From Halomicrobium mukohataei DSM 12286 (lineage in GTDB: Archaea > Halobacteriota > Halobacteria > Halobacteriales > Haloarculaceae): a stretch of DNA of 32,000 nucleotides. Below, one piece after another: positions 17,314 to 26,257 of this stretch (its first letter is position 1; every line of letters begins with the position of its first letter). The translations under genes and the position numbers were made by a program. The notes below the pieces were generated by a model. It did not search any database. It saw only the letters and a program-made list of their open reading frames with translations, and was not told the DNA's origin. The DNA lies in the NCBI RefSeq assembly GCF_000023965.1, contig NC_013202.1:1080001-1112000 (forward strand), read 5' to 3'.

Positions 17314-17380
17314 TCCGGCGGCGATTTCTGTCGGATATATTTTCACCGGAGGTCGAGTCATCGCTCGTCCCCCTGGCTAT

Positions 17381-17430
17381 CGAATCTCACTGCACACCCG
17401 ATCGCGCCGACGTGGTGCGGTCAGTGTCGC
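17381..17430. repeat. Third member of the intergenic hairpin family (degenerate, wobble-rich stem)
   Basis: TCGAATCTCACTGCACACCCGATCGCGCCGACGTGGTGCGGTCAGTG aligns with the reverse complement of 5469-5530. GATCGCGCC/GGTGCGGTC and CACT/AGTG can still pair. Confidence 0.55.
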
Positions 17431-17739
17431 CCGTCGACTCCTGCCATCCGAGCCCGCGTTCTCTCGCTCGCTCTGGTCTCGTCGCTGGTGCCCGGTGTGG
17501 TATAACGCCGGCAACTCCGACGACGCTTCCCGGAGATGCGGCGTCGAACTCCCTGTCGCCAGCGCTTCGTCGTCGACCGCGAGTGGCCGCCACTCACCAC
17601 ATTCGATATAGCGTACAGCGGTTTATCACTTCGCGATCCACATTCTGACTCTCTCCGCAAAACACGGCCGAAAGCGTGGAGAACCGGCGAATTCGCCCAA
17701 AGCACACCGCTCAAGTCGATCGAGCCCTACTGTCGGACA

Positions 17740-19794
17740 ATGAGCGACTCCGGCCCACTGTCTCCGGACCGACCGGACGCCGAGACGGCGTTTCGCGTCG
17801 ATGCACCGTTCGAGCCAGCCGGCGACCAGCCAGACGCCATCGAGCAGCTCGTCGACGGATATCGACGGGGAATGGACAAACAGACCCTGCTGGGCGTCAC
17901 TGGGTCGGGCAAGACCAACACCGTCTCGTGGGCGATCGAAGAGCTCCAGCAGCCGACGCTGGTCATCGCCCACAACAAGACGCTGGCGGCCCAGCTCTAC
18001 GAGGAGTTTCGGAGTCTCTTCCCCGACAACGCCGTCGAGTACTTCGTCTCGTACTACGACTACTACCAGCCCGAGGCCTACGTCGAGCAGACCGACACCT
18101 ATATCGACAAGGACGCCTCGATCAACGACGAGATCGACCGCCTCAGGCACTCTGCAACTCGCTCGCTGCTGACCCGTGACGACGTGATCGTCGTCGCTTC
18201 GGTGTCGGCGATCTACGGGCTGGGTGACCCGCGCAACTACGTCGACATGAGCCTCCGGCTGGAGGAGGGCCAGCAGATCGAGCGCGACGAACTCCTGGGC
18301 CAGCTCGTCGACCTGAACTACGAGCGCAACGACGTGGACTTCACCCAGGGGACCTTCCGCGTGCGGGGCGACACCGTCGAGATCTACCCGATGTACGGCC
18401 GCTACGCCGTCCGGGTGGACATGTGGGGAGACGAGATCGACCGGCTCGTGAAGATGGACCCGCTGGAGGGCGAGGTCGTCAGCCAGGAGCCCGCCGTCTT
18501 GCTCCACCCGGCAGAGCACTACTCGATCCCCGAACAGCGCCTCCAGCGGGCGATCGAGGAGATCGAGGACATGCTGGCAGATCGCATCCGCTACTTCGAA
18601 CGACAGGGCGATGCCGTCGCGGCCCAGCGCATCGAGGAGCGAACCACGTTCGACCTGGAGATGATGAAAGAGACCGGCTACTGCTCGGGGATCGAGAACT
18701 ACTCGGTCCACCTCTCGGACCGTGAGAGCGGCGAAGCGCCCTACACCTTGCTGGACTACTTCCCCGAGGACTTCCTCACCGTCGTCGACGAGTCCCACCA
18801 GACGATCCCCCAGATCAAAGGCCAGTTCGAGGGCGACAAGTCGCGCAAGGAGAGTCTGGTGGAGAACGGCTTTCGCCTGCCGACCGCCTTCGACAACCGC
18901 CCGTTGACCTTCGAGGAGTTCGAGGAAAAGACCGACCGGACGCTGTACGTCTCGGCGACGCCGGGCGACTACGAGCGCGAGGAGAGCGGGCAGGTCGTCG
19001 AACAGATCGTCCGTCCGACCCACCTCGTCGATCCCGCGATCGAGGTCGCAGACGCCAGCGGCCAGGTCCAGGACCTGCTCGAACGGATCGAATCGATGCC
19101 CGACGAGGAGCGCGTGCTGGTGACGACGCTCACCAAACGCATGGCCGAGGATCTCACCGAGTATCTCGAAGAGAGCGGCGTCGACGTGGCCTACATGCAC
19201 GACGAGACCGACACGCTGGAACGCCACGAACTGATCCGGTCGCTGCGGCTGGGCGAGATCCAGGTGCTCGTCGGCATCAACCTCCTGCGGGAGGGACTGG
19301 ACATCCCCGAAGTGAGCCTCGTCGCGATTCTCGACGCCGACCAGGAGGGGTTCCTGCGGTCGGAGACGACGCTCGTCCAGACGATGGGGCGGGCCGCCCG
19401 CAACGTCAACGGCGAGGTCGTACTCTACGCCGACGACACGAGCGACGCGATGCGGTCGGCCATCGAGGAGACCCAGCGCCGCCGCCAGATCCAGCAGGCG
19501 TACAACGAGGAACACGGCTTCGAGCCGACCACCATCGAGAAGGAGATCGGCGAGTCCTCGCTTCCGGGTGCCGAGACGGACACCAGCGACGTGGCCGGTG
19601 ACGGTCCGGCCGACGCCGACGAGGCCGCCCGACAGATCGACCGGCTCGAAGCCCGGATGGCCGAGGCGGCCGACAACCTGGAGTTCGAACTCGCTGCGGA
19701 CATCCGCGATCGGATCCGCGAGCTACGCGAGGAGTTCGAACTCGACGGTGGCGACGACGGTGGCGTGCCGGCCCCCGGCCCGGGTGAGTTCTGA
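17740..19794 (+). CDS. uvrB: Excinuclease ABC subunit B
   Basis: [15 protein letters not shown], Walker [25 protein letters not shown], helicase C motifs and the C-terminal UVR domain ([13 protein letters not shown]). The start is at ATG 17740. Confidence 0.95.
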   Translation: MSDSGPLSPDRPDAETAFRVDAPFEPAGDQPDAIEQLVDGYRRGMDKQTLLGVTGSGKTNTVSWAIEELQQPTLVIAHNKTLAAQLYEEFRSLFPDNAVEYFVSYYDYYQPEAYVEQTDTYIDKDASINDEIDRLRHSATRSLLTRDDVIVVASVSAIYGLGDPRNYVDMSLRLEEGQQIERDELLGQLVDLNYERNDVDFTQGTFRVRGDTVEIYPMYGRYAVRVDMWGDEIDRLVKMDPLEGEVVSQEPAVLLHPAEHYSIPEQRLQRAIEEIEDMLADRIRYFERQGDAVAAQRIEERTTFDLEMMKETGYCSGIENYSVHLSDRESGEAPYTLLDYFPEDFLTVVDESHQTIPQIKGQFEGDKSRKESLVENGFRLPTAFDNRPLTFEEFEEKTDRTLYVSATPGDYEREESGQVVEQIVRPTHLVDPAIEVADASGQVQDLLERIESMPDEERVLVTTLTKRMAEDLTEYLEESGVDVAYMHDETDTLERHELIRSLRLGEIQVLVGINLLREGLDIPEVSLVAILDADQEGFLRSETTLVQTMGRAARNVNGEVVLYADDTSDAMRSAIEETQRRRQIQQAYNEEHGFEPTTIEKEIGESSLPGAETDTSDVAGDGPADADEAARQIDRLEARMAEAADNLEFELAADIRDRIRELREEFELDGGDDGGVPAPGPGEF

Positions 19795-20124
19795 TACTGT
19801 CGGCTGTCTATCTGTGACGATTCCGCCACCCTGGGGTGGCGGATATCTTCACGAGGTTACAGCCAAGTGTGAGGTCCGATATCCGTTCGAGACGGACACG
19901 GCTCTCGTATTTGTCGTTACGACACATTTGACGCCGTTTACCGGCCGTTTGTGGCCGTGGCGACTGTTTTCACGGACATGCGCCTGGCCACGCTATAAAT
20001 CATTATCCGCGATATCAAAGTGGCGTCGGAACGGATTCGCCGAGCTCGCAGCGACGGCAATAGCGACCGCTCTCGTGTGCCGATGCGTGATCCGGTCACC
20101 GGAATCGAGATTGTCGGCGATCGA

Positions 20125-20786
20125 TCAGGCGTCGGCTCGCACGCCGATCTCGCTCTCGAACTGCTCGAAGAAGCCCTCCATGAAACGCCACCGCGATCTG
20201 CCGAGCCGCCGGGCCGGTGGCGTGTGTAGTTGCTCCAGCCGTTCGCGCGCCCACTCTCGGAGGAGCGAAACGTCGGGACGGTCGGTCGTCGCTTCGTGTG
20301 TCGAGGCGTCGTCGAGGTGTGCGTACTGGGTCCCCGTTCGCCCCGATCGTTCGCCGACGACACACGCGAGTCGGACGATCCCGACCGTGCCGGTCGCATC
20401 GAGCTTGTCGGCGTCGAACAGGAGCTTCGCTTCCGGGCTCTCGGGCTCTGGTGAACTCGATCGGATGCTGTGGGTCCGCAGGCAGTGTGCGATCGCGTCG
20501 ATTCGGTCGGCGGCGACGCCTTCGTCGGCCAGCAACTCCCTGGTTTCGGCGGTGGCCCACTCGTCGTGGTCGTCGATTTCGCCGACGCGCTCCAGCGGGC
20601 GGCCGATGTCGTGGAGCCACGCGGCCGCGGACAACACGTCTCGATCGACAGCGCGGTCCACCTCTCGGCGAGTCGCACGGAGAGATCACGGACCCGTTTC
20701 GCGTGGAACCGATCGTGTGCCGGGAGGGCGAGGTCGTAGTACGGCATTGCCAGCGATCGTGCGAGCGAATCGAGTGTGGAGGGCAT
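20125..20786 (-). pseudogene. HD-domain phosphohydrolase split by a single-base frameshift near 20659-20664
   Basis: The N-terminal 42 aa (MPSTLDSLARSLAMPYYDLALPAHDRFHAKRVRDLSVRLAER) are in one frame (ATG 20786). The rest (VDRAVDRDVLSAAAWLHDIGRP...FDADKLD...) is in the adjacent frame from about 20661. The H...HD...D motif is divided between the two frames. Confidence 0.7.
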
Positions 20787-21001
20787 CGCTCGGGGCGTCG
20801 TCGACCGGTAAAAAAGCGATTGTGGAACACGACGCCGTTCCCCAAGCGCCGGTTCGCGGACCGACCGATTCCGTTCTCTATCGCGGATAGTACTTTATGA
20901 CGCGTCTCGTCGGGACGGAGTTGTACCCGACGAGGAGACTGATGAGACGCCGCTGGGCGGGCAGCGCGTGGATTTTTGCTGCCGGCGGTCGTCGTCCCTG
21001 T

Positions 21002-21880
21002 ATGCCGATCACTGAGACGGTCACCGCCGACGGTCTGGCGATCCACTTCCTCGAAGCCGGCGATCCGGCGGCTCCGACGATCGTCCTCCTGCACGGCGGG
21101 ATCATCGACGCGGCTCGCGTGTCCTGGGGCGAGGTGATCGAGCCCCTGGCCGCGGACTGTCACGTCGTCGCGCCGGATCTCCTGGGGTACGGCCGGAGCG
21201 GCGTCGACAGCGAGGGCACGGACGGCCGGACGGTTCTCCCACCGGGCTCCTACCCGGTCGGCCGGCACGTCGACGCTATGACGGGGTTTCTCGATGAACT
21301 GGCCGTCGACACGTTCTCCATCGCCGGGCTCTCGCTGGGCGGTGCCGTCGGACTCGGCCTGGCACTCCGCCGTCCCGCTCTCGTCGACGATCTGCTGTTG
21401 ATCGACAGCTACGGACTGGGACGGGCGCTGCCAAACGGGCGACTCTCCTACGGCCTCGCACGTGTGCAGCTGTTCAACCGAATCGCTATCGCTCTGTTCC
21501 GCCGGAGTCGTCGACTCACGAGGGCGAGTCTCGGCGGGATCGTCGCGGATCTCGACGGCCTCTCCGAGGCGGCGGTCGATGCAGTCTACGAGGAAGTCCA
21601 GCGACCCACTGCCGGGGTCGCGTTCCGTCGCTTCCGCGAGGCCGAGGTGACGCGCTCGGGATACCGGACCGTCTACGTCGACGAGCTACCGGAGCTTGCG
21701 GTCCCGACACGACTCCTCCACGGCCGCCACGACGAGGTGGTCCCGCTGTCCTGGGCCGAGCGGGCGGCCGATCGCATTCCGGACGGTGAACTGGTGGTTC
21801 TCGACTCGTGTGCTCACTGGCCGCCTCGCGAGGCTCCGTCGACGGTGGTCGAACACGCCCGCGAAATCGCGGTTCGCTGA
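21002..21880 (+). CDS. Alpha/beta hydrolase fold protein
   Basis: MPITETVTADGLAIHFLEAGDPAAPTIVLLHGG, nucleophile elbow GLSLGG and C-terminal CAHWP. The start is at ATG 21002. Confidence 0.85.
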   Translation: MPITETVTADGLAIHFLEAGDPAAPTIVLLHGGIIDAARVSWGEVIEPLAADCHVVAPDLLGYGRSGVDSEGTDGRTVLPPGSYPVGRHVDAMTGFLDELAVDTFSIAGLSLGGAVGLGLALRRPALVDDLLLIDSYGLGRALPNGRLSYGLARVQLFNRIAIALFRRSRRLTRASLGGIVADLDGLSEAAVDAVYEEVQRPTAGVAFRRFREAEVTRSGYRTVYVDELPELAVPTRLLHGRHDEVVPLSWAERAADRIPDGELVVLDSCAHWPPREAPSTVVEHAREIAVR

Positions 21881-22065
21881 GCGCTCTCGCGGACGGTCTG
21901 GTCGCTTCGGAAGCTGTCACAGCGTGACCTGCACTCTCGGGAATATACCGATATTCGCGATACGAAAGCGCGGAGTTACCGCTGGCCGATTCGGTTCTGC
22001 GCGTCGGCCTGCGATCGCAGCCCTCTCACGGCGTCCGATCTCGCTGTTCGCGTTCGTTGCAGAAA

Positions 22066-22165
22066 GCCAACGGGGATTCGAACCCGACGCCAGACCTCGC
22101 TCTGCCTGGTCCGGCGTGATTCAAATCACGATTGCGACGCCAGCGATTTCAGCAGTTGCTCGGCG
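22066..22165 (-). other. Degenerate tRNA-like fragment (T-arm/acceptor-like 3' end plus hairpins); probable pseudo-tRNA or old integration scar
   Basis: The minus strand reads ...GGCGTCGGGTTCGAATCCCCGTTGGC, a T-loop TTCGAAT with the 5' stem strand one G short. A CGTGA-TTTGAA-TCACG arm has a 6-nt loop. I could not build a complete cloverleaf or acceptor stem. Confidence 0.35.
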
Positions 22166-22196
22166 ACAGAACGCCTCGCAGAAGTGAAAACTGACA

Positions 22197-22252
22197 AGCC
22201 TAGGCCGGAATTTGAACCCGGGCTCTCGTCCTTACCAAGGACGCGCTTTACC
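22197..22252 (-). repeat. Partial duplicate of tRNA-Thr(GGU): positions from the D-loop GGTA to the 3' end; att-like direct repeat
   Basis: 55 of 56 nt are identical to 23960-24015; the single T-stem difference is CCCGG versus TCCGG. The 5' continuation cannot form an acceptor stem. Confidence 0.85.
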
Positions 22253-22635
22253 GAGGTGGCCTTCGGCCCTGAAAGCGGCTACCCTTGCTGCGAAATCCCA
22301 CTTTGCGTGCTTCTCATCTCTCTATCAGCAACTCTATTTATAAAAGAACCGGGGACTCGACCCCGTATGCCGTCTGTGGACGCAAGAAATCGACAACCGT
22401 GTTCGGGTGAGTGTTGCCATACTTGGCACATCAGAATTCTGTGGGGTTCGAGTGGTTCAGCTGGATGGCTCCCTTCATCGAGTCGGATAGCTCTGTTGGA
22501 ACCCTCTTAGTTCGATACCTGTCCGACTGAACAGCCAATAGGTAGATGTGCGTAGTTAACTGCTCAGCTCTCTGCTAAGAAGTAGCCGCCGATCGTCACC
22601 GAAAGTACTTACAGACTCAGAAGAAAACAATTTTT

Positions 22636-22887
22636 ATGCCTGCATTCGGCATTGGAACCCCGATATTCCTCACCTTACAAGCCCTCATCTCGTCGTTCGT
22701 CTACTCTGAGGCGAAAAAGTATGGCTCACGTTCCCCGTTAGTCGTGGGAGTATCCGTATTCGTACTGGGAGTGGGCCTTGCATTCATATTCAGTACTGTC
22801 ATCGGATTAGTTGCAGTCGAATTTCTCGTCATACTTATTTACCTTCTTGGAGTGAATGCTGCCAAACGACGTTCCACATCCGCCTGA
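22636..22887 (+). CDS. Orphan small membrane protein (83 aa, about 3 TM helices)
   Basis: MPAFGIGTPIFLTLQALISSFVYSEAKKYGSRSPLVVGVSVFVLGVGLAFIFSTVIGLVAVEFLVILIYLLGV.... Codon usage is low-GC, and the gene lies inside the islet. Confidence 0.55.
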   Translation: MPAFGIGTPIFLTLQALISSFVYSEAKKYGSRSPLVVGVSVFVLGVGLAFIFSTVIGLVAVEFLVILIYLLGVNAAKRRSTSA

Positions 22888-23048
22888 ACGGTTCTGTTAT
22901 CCGTTTCTCCTGTACTTACCGAAGCTACTCACAACATCGAGGAGCAGAAGAAACAATCCACTTCGATAAGGTAGCTCACGACCGACGACAGGGACAAATC
23001 TGCTGAATCCTCTACCTGTATCTCGCCGCATCGAGGATGTTCCATTAC

Positions 23049-23333
23049 TTAGTCGTCGTCAGCGGTGTACGCGCCGTCTCGACGCTTGATACGCGCGACG
23101 ACAAGCCGCTGGTCGTCCTGACGGAAGGTCACAGAGAGCCGAAACCCCCCGATGCGTATTTTCTTGTGCGGACTGTTCTGGAGTGGCTCCCCGTAGTCGG
23201 GCGGGTCGCGCCACGGCGAGGAGACGATTTCATCGAGCTTGTCGAGTATCCGGTCTTGGTCGGCGGGGGAAAGTCCATCAAGGTCGTTCTCGGCTTTCGA
23301 GGAGAGTTCCCACGTCCACCCGTCGTCACTCAT
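23049..23333 (-). CDS. Type II toxin, RelE/ParE family
   Basis: 94 aa. W.WELSSKAENDLDGLSPADQDRILDKLDEI...KIRIGGFRLSVTFRQDDQRLVVARIKRR is a typical RelE/ParE fold pattern. It overlaps the upstream antitoxin gene by 8 nt. Confidence 0.8.
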   Translation of the reverse strand: MSDDGWTWELSSKAENDLDGLSPADQDRILDKLDEIVSSPWRDPPDYGEPLQNSPHKKIRIGGFRLSVTFRQDDQRLVVARIKRRDGAYTADDD

Positions 23334-23607
23334 CGCTCGTGCCGAACCGCTCGCGGGCTTCCTCCGCGCTCGTCGTCCGTTCCTCGCGGATGTCCTCCTC
23401 CGCTTCGAGCAGGGCGACGAGTTCGTCGCGGTCGAACGTCGGGAACTCGACGGCGTCTCGAAGCGTGTACCGGATGAACTCGCTCCGACTGTTGAACCCG
23501 CGTCCTTGCCACGTATCGTCTATCTGTTCGAGGAACGACTCGGTGAGCTTGAAGTTCACCGTGGCGATGTCGTCTCCGCCGTCGTCGTTTGTGGCCGCTT
23601 CAGACAT
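23326..23607 (-). CDS. Ribbon-helix-helix (CopG-like) antitoxin
   Basis: ATG (cat 23605-23607) gives MSEAATNDDGGDDIATVNFKLTESFLEQIDDTWQGRGFNSRSEFIRYTLRDAV.... The RHH motif sits immediately upstream of the toxin. Confidence 0.75.
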   Translation of the reverse strand: MSEAATNDDGGDDIATVNFKLTESFLEQIDDTWQGRGFNSRSEFIRYTLRDAVEFPTFDRDELVALLEAEEDIREERTTSAEEARERFGTSDE

Positions 23608-23959
23608 ATAGACGTAATACGCTGGTCTTACCAATAGTCGTTTCGGCAACACTCTATTCGCCGCGTAATCGTCGTGAATGGCCGTATCGAGGGATATTCT
23701 ATCAGTTTCCTGACTACACTTCACTCGTTCCTCTGCGAGCGCAGATTAGCGAAATCAGTGCGTCCCTGAGGGGATGCGCTCCCGGTCAACTTCGGGGCTA
23801 TCCCGCCGCAGTCTGCGGGTTGATTTGTGTGTGCTGACAGTTTGGAGGATCACTATACAGCGAGGGATACCCTGTTTAGTGAGACAAGGCTGTTTTGAAT
23901 ATGTTGTGTTCAAGACAGACAAATCCGTAAAGTGTGTACAAGGAGTGTACGGCAGAAAG

Positions 23960-24031
23960 AGCCTAGGCCGGGATTTGAACCCGGGCTCTCGTCCTTACCA
24001 AGGACGCGCTTTACCTCTAAGCTACCCAGGC
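23960..24031 (-). tRNA. tRNA-Thr (anticodon GGU)
   Basis: Manual cloverleaf: GCCTGGG-TA-GCTT-AGAGGTA-AAGC-G-CGTCC-TTGGTAA-GGACG-AGAGC-CCGGG-TTCAAAT-CCCGG-CCTAGGC-T. All stems pair, with one G-U in the acceptor. Confidence 0.9.
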
Positions 24032-24098
24032 GCGCATTCATCCGTTGTCCGGAGTTGTCTTTAGGCGTTACGATTCGGGGACGGCACGCCACTCTCTC

Positions 24099-24746
24099 TC
24101 AGTGGTCGGCCGAGGTGCGGACGCCGTCGGCGCTCGTGGCGTCGTTCGTCAGCGTCGCGAGCGTCTCGCGGACGTCCTCGTCGGCGAACGTCTCGACGGG
24201 TGGCAGCCCGTCGGTCACGAGGTCGCTGGCGTACTCACGCAGGCGTGGCGTGGGTCGGTTCCCGGCGGCGGTGACGCCGGCCACGGCGGCGAGTTCGAGC
24301 ACGTCGGCCTCGAGGTTCCGATCGAGCGTGGGGTCGTCGGTTTCGCGGCGGACGGTCTGGTCGGTACCGAACGCCCGGACCACGTCGACGGCGGCGTCGG
24401 CGGCCTCCGTTCGGGCCAGCAGGTAGAACCCACGCGAGACGAGGATGTCGGCGATGAGAACGTCCAGGTCGGCGGCGTCGCGGTCGCCGCCCGCCCAGGG
24501 GTCGTCGTGGGCGAGCGCCCGCGTCAGCCGGAGTCCCTCGTAGATCAACTGGACACCGGCGGCGCGGTCGCTGATGCCGTCGAGCTGTCCATCGCAGCCG
24601 GCGGCGCTCGCGCTGACGAGCGTGCAGACGCCGGGCGTCATCGAGGCGGCGTCGAGCCGGTCCTCGATACGGTCGCGCAGACGAGCGGGGTCGACGTCGT
24701 CGACTGCCGCCAGTGCGGCTCGTCGGACCGCAGCGGCTTCCTCCAT
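24099..24746 (-). CDS. Hypothetical helical protein; weak resemblance to polyprenyl-synthase helices without a canonical DDxxD motif
   Basis: 215 aa. GVQLIYEGLRLTRALAHDDPW...VLIADILVSRGFYLLA recalls the FARM region of trans-prenyltransferases, but the motif is degenerate and the protein is short. Confidence 0.55.
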   Translation of the reverse strand: MEEAAAVRRAALAAVDDVDPARLRDRIEDRLDAASMTPGVCTLVSASAAGCDGQLDGISDRAAGVQLIYEGLRLTRALAHDDPWAGGDRDAADLDVLIADILVSRGFYLLARTEAADAAVDVVRAFGTDQTVRRETDDPTLDRNLEADVLELAAVAGVTAAGNRPTPRLREYASDLVTDGLPPVETFADEDVRETLATLTNDATSADGVRTSADH

Positions 24747-24800
24747 TACCTTCGCCTAGCGACGGGAAGGGCAAAGACCTTTGGAAACGTCGGATCGGGC

Positions 24801-25493
24801 ATGGGGACGATACGGACCGAGCGGACGGGCGAGGTACTGGTCGTGACGATCGACCGGCCCGACAGCCGCAACGCGCTGACGGCCGACGCGCTGGCGGTGC
24901 TGCGAGATCGACTCGCGGACGCGAGCGCGCCGGTAGTCGCAGTTCGGGGCGCTGGGTCGGCGTTCTGTGCCGGCGCGGATCTGGCCACCGTCGACGCCCT
25001 CGACGGAGACGACGCGCGTTCGTTCTCGCGGCTGGGCCAGGCCGTCGCGGACGCGCTGGCTGGCTACGACGGGGCGACCGTCGCGGCCATCGACGGGCCG
25101 GCACGCGGCGGGGGCGTCGAACTCGCGCTGGCCTGTGACCTGCGGGTCTGTACGCCCCGCTCGACGTTCGCCGAGTCGGGCGTGACGCTGGGGCTGTTCG
25201 GCGCGTGGGGCGGGACCGATCGGCTGGTCGGCACCGTCGGCCGGAGCGTGGCGATGGACCTCTCGCTGTCCGGTCGCGTCGTCGACGCCGAGGAGGCACT
25301 GCGGGTCGGCCTGGTTTCGCGGATCGTCGACGATCCTCTGGCGGTCGCACACGCGGTCGCCGACAACGACGCCGGAGCGGTCCGGACGATCAAGGGGCTG
25401 CTCGCCGAGCCGGCCGACGGCGACCGCCAGTTCGAGCGGGAACGCGAGGCGTTCGCGGCCCTCGTCGAAGCGCGGGCCAAGCGCAAGGATTGA
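24801..25493 (+). CDS. Enoyl-CoA hydratase/isomerase (crotonase) family protein
   Basis: VLVVTIDRPDSRNAL, GAGSAFCAGADL, IDGPARGGGVELALACDLRV. The start is at ATG 24801. Confidence 0.88.
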   Translation: MGTIRTERTGEVLVVTIDRPDSRNALTADALAVLRDRLADASAPVVAVRGAGSAFCAGADLATVDALDGDDARSFSRLGQAVADALAGYDGATVAAIDGPARGGGVELALACDLRVCTPRSTFAESGVTLGLFGAWGGTDRLVGTVGRSVAMDLSLSGRVVDAEEALRVGLVSRIVDDPLAVAHAVADNDAGAVRTIKGLLAEPADGDRQFEREREAFAALVEARAKRKD

Positions 25494-25519
25494 AGCCGTC
25501 GCACGCGCACCACGAGACA

Positions 25520-26227
25520 ATGGTTGACTGTGAGTACTGTGACGGGTCCTTCGACAGCGAGGACGCGTACCTCGATCACCTCGGCAGCGCCCACGAGGGT
25601 GAGCTGGGGTCGATCGATCAGCGGCGGGTCGCCGAACACGACGGGAGCGACGAGAGCCCGAGCCTCTCGCTGGGGCCGGCTATCCTGATCGGTGTCGTCG
25701 GCTTCTCGATCGCGGTCGTGGTCTACGTCGTCGTCTTCATGGGCGCGGGCGGTGGTGGATCGAGTCTCCCAGACAGCGGCGATCAGGCGGTCGTCTCGCA
25801 GGTGACGACTCAGGAGTCCGAGGGGCGGACCCACGTCGACCGGGGCACGGAGCTCACCTACGAGCACATGCCGCCGACCTCCGGGCCACACTACGCCGAC
25901 TGGGCGACGGGGGGGTACTACGACGACGAGACGGCCCCGCCGCTGGGTGAGGTCGTCCACGCGCTGGAACACGGGGCGATCGTCGTCTACTACGACCCCG
26001 ACGGTATCGATCCGGACGTTCGCGAGAGCTTCCGGCAGTACGGCAATCGCTACACGGACGACTTCATGAGCTTCCTCGCGGTCCCGACGCCGGTCGAGGA
26101 CCCGGAGGCGACCTACGTCCTGACGGCCTGGACCAAGCGCCTCGACATGGACGAGTACGACGAAGAGACCATGCGGCAGTTCATGGCAGAGTACATCGGT
26201 CGCGGGCCCGAGCAGCGGGTCCGCTGA
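25520..26227 (+). CDS. DUF3105 domain protein with an N-terminal C2H2-like zinc finger and one TM helix
   Basis: MVDCEYCDGSFDSEDAYLDHLGSAH is followed by TM helix ILIGVVGFSIAVVVYVVVF, then PPTSGPHY...VHALEHGAIVVYY, typical of DUF3105. Confidence 0.75.
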   Translation: MVDCEYCDGSFDSEDAYLDHLGSAHEGELGSIDQRRVAEHDGSDESPSLSLGPAILIGVVGFSIAVVVYVVVFMGAGGGGSSLPDSGDQAVVSQVTTQESEGRTHVDRGTELTYEHMPPTSGPHYADWATGGYYDDETAPPLGEVVHALEHGAIVVYYDPDGIDPDVRESFRQYGNRYTDDFMSFLAVPTPVEDPEATYVLTAWTKRLDMDEYDEETMRQFMAEYIGRGPEQRVR

Positions 26228-26257
26228 CGCCTCGCCCGTCCGAGCCGTCACCGGCGG

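Larger units (their letters stand above)
22253..23959. mobile_element. About 1.7-kb AT-rich islet bracketed by tRNA-Thr direct repeats; likely remnant of an integrated element, with no integrase present
   Basis: It is flanked by the 56-nt direct repeats 22197-22252 and 23960-24015. Base composition is visibly lower in GC than the surroundings. Cargo is an orphan TM protein and a RelE/ParE-RHH pair. Confidence 0.65.

Noticed and set aside
19953-19995. Hairpin GTGGCC-GGCG ... CGCC-GGCCAC in the long uvrB/HD convergent spacer as a defined terminator
   Set aside because: The stem is interrupted and the T-run lies inside the loop rather than after it. It has no second copy and is too weak to call.
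22197-22295. Idea that the partial tRNA-Thr is a complete tRNA with a non-canonical D-loop intron (shared GGGTAGC upstream of the divergent block)
   Set aside because: Removing the 25-nt block does not regenerate a D-arm. The putative 5' acceptor strand GCAAGGG mismatches the 3' strand at two positions, and no bulge-helix-bulge motif is evident.
22184-22510. ORF 22184..22510(+), 108 aa
   Set aside because: It runs antisense through the tRNA-Thr partial copy and into AT-rich non-coding DNA. The same KPRPEFEPGLSSLPRTRFT peptide appears at 23932.. only because of the tRNA repeat.
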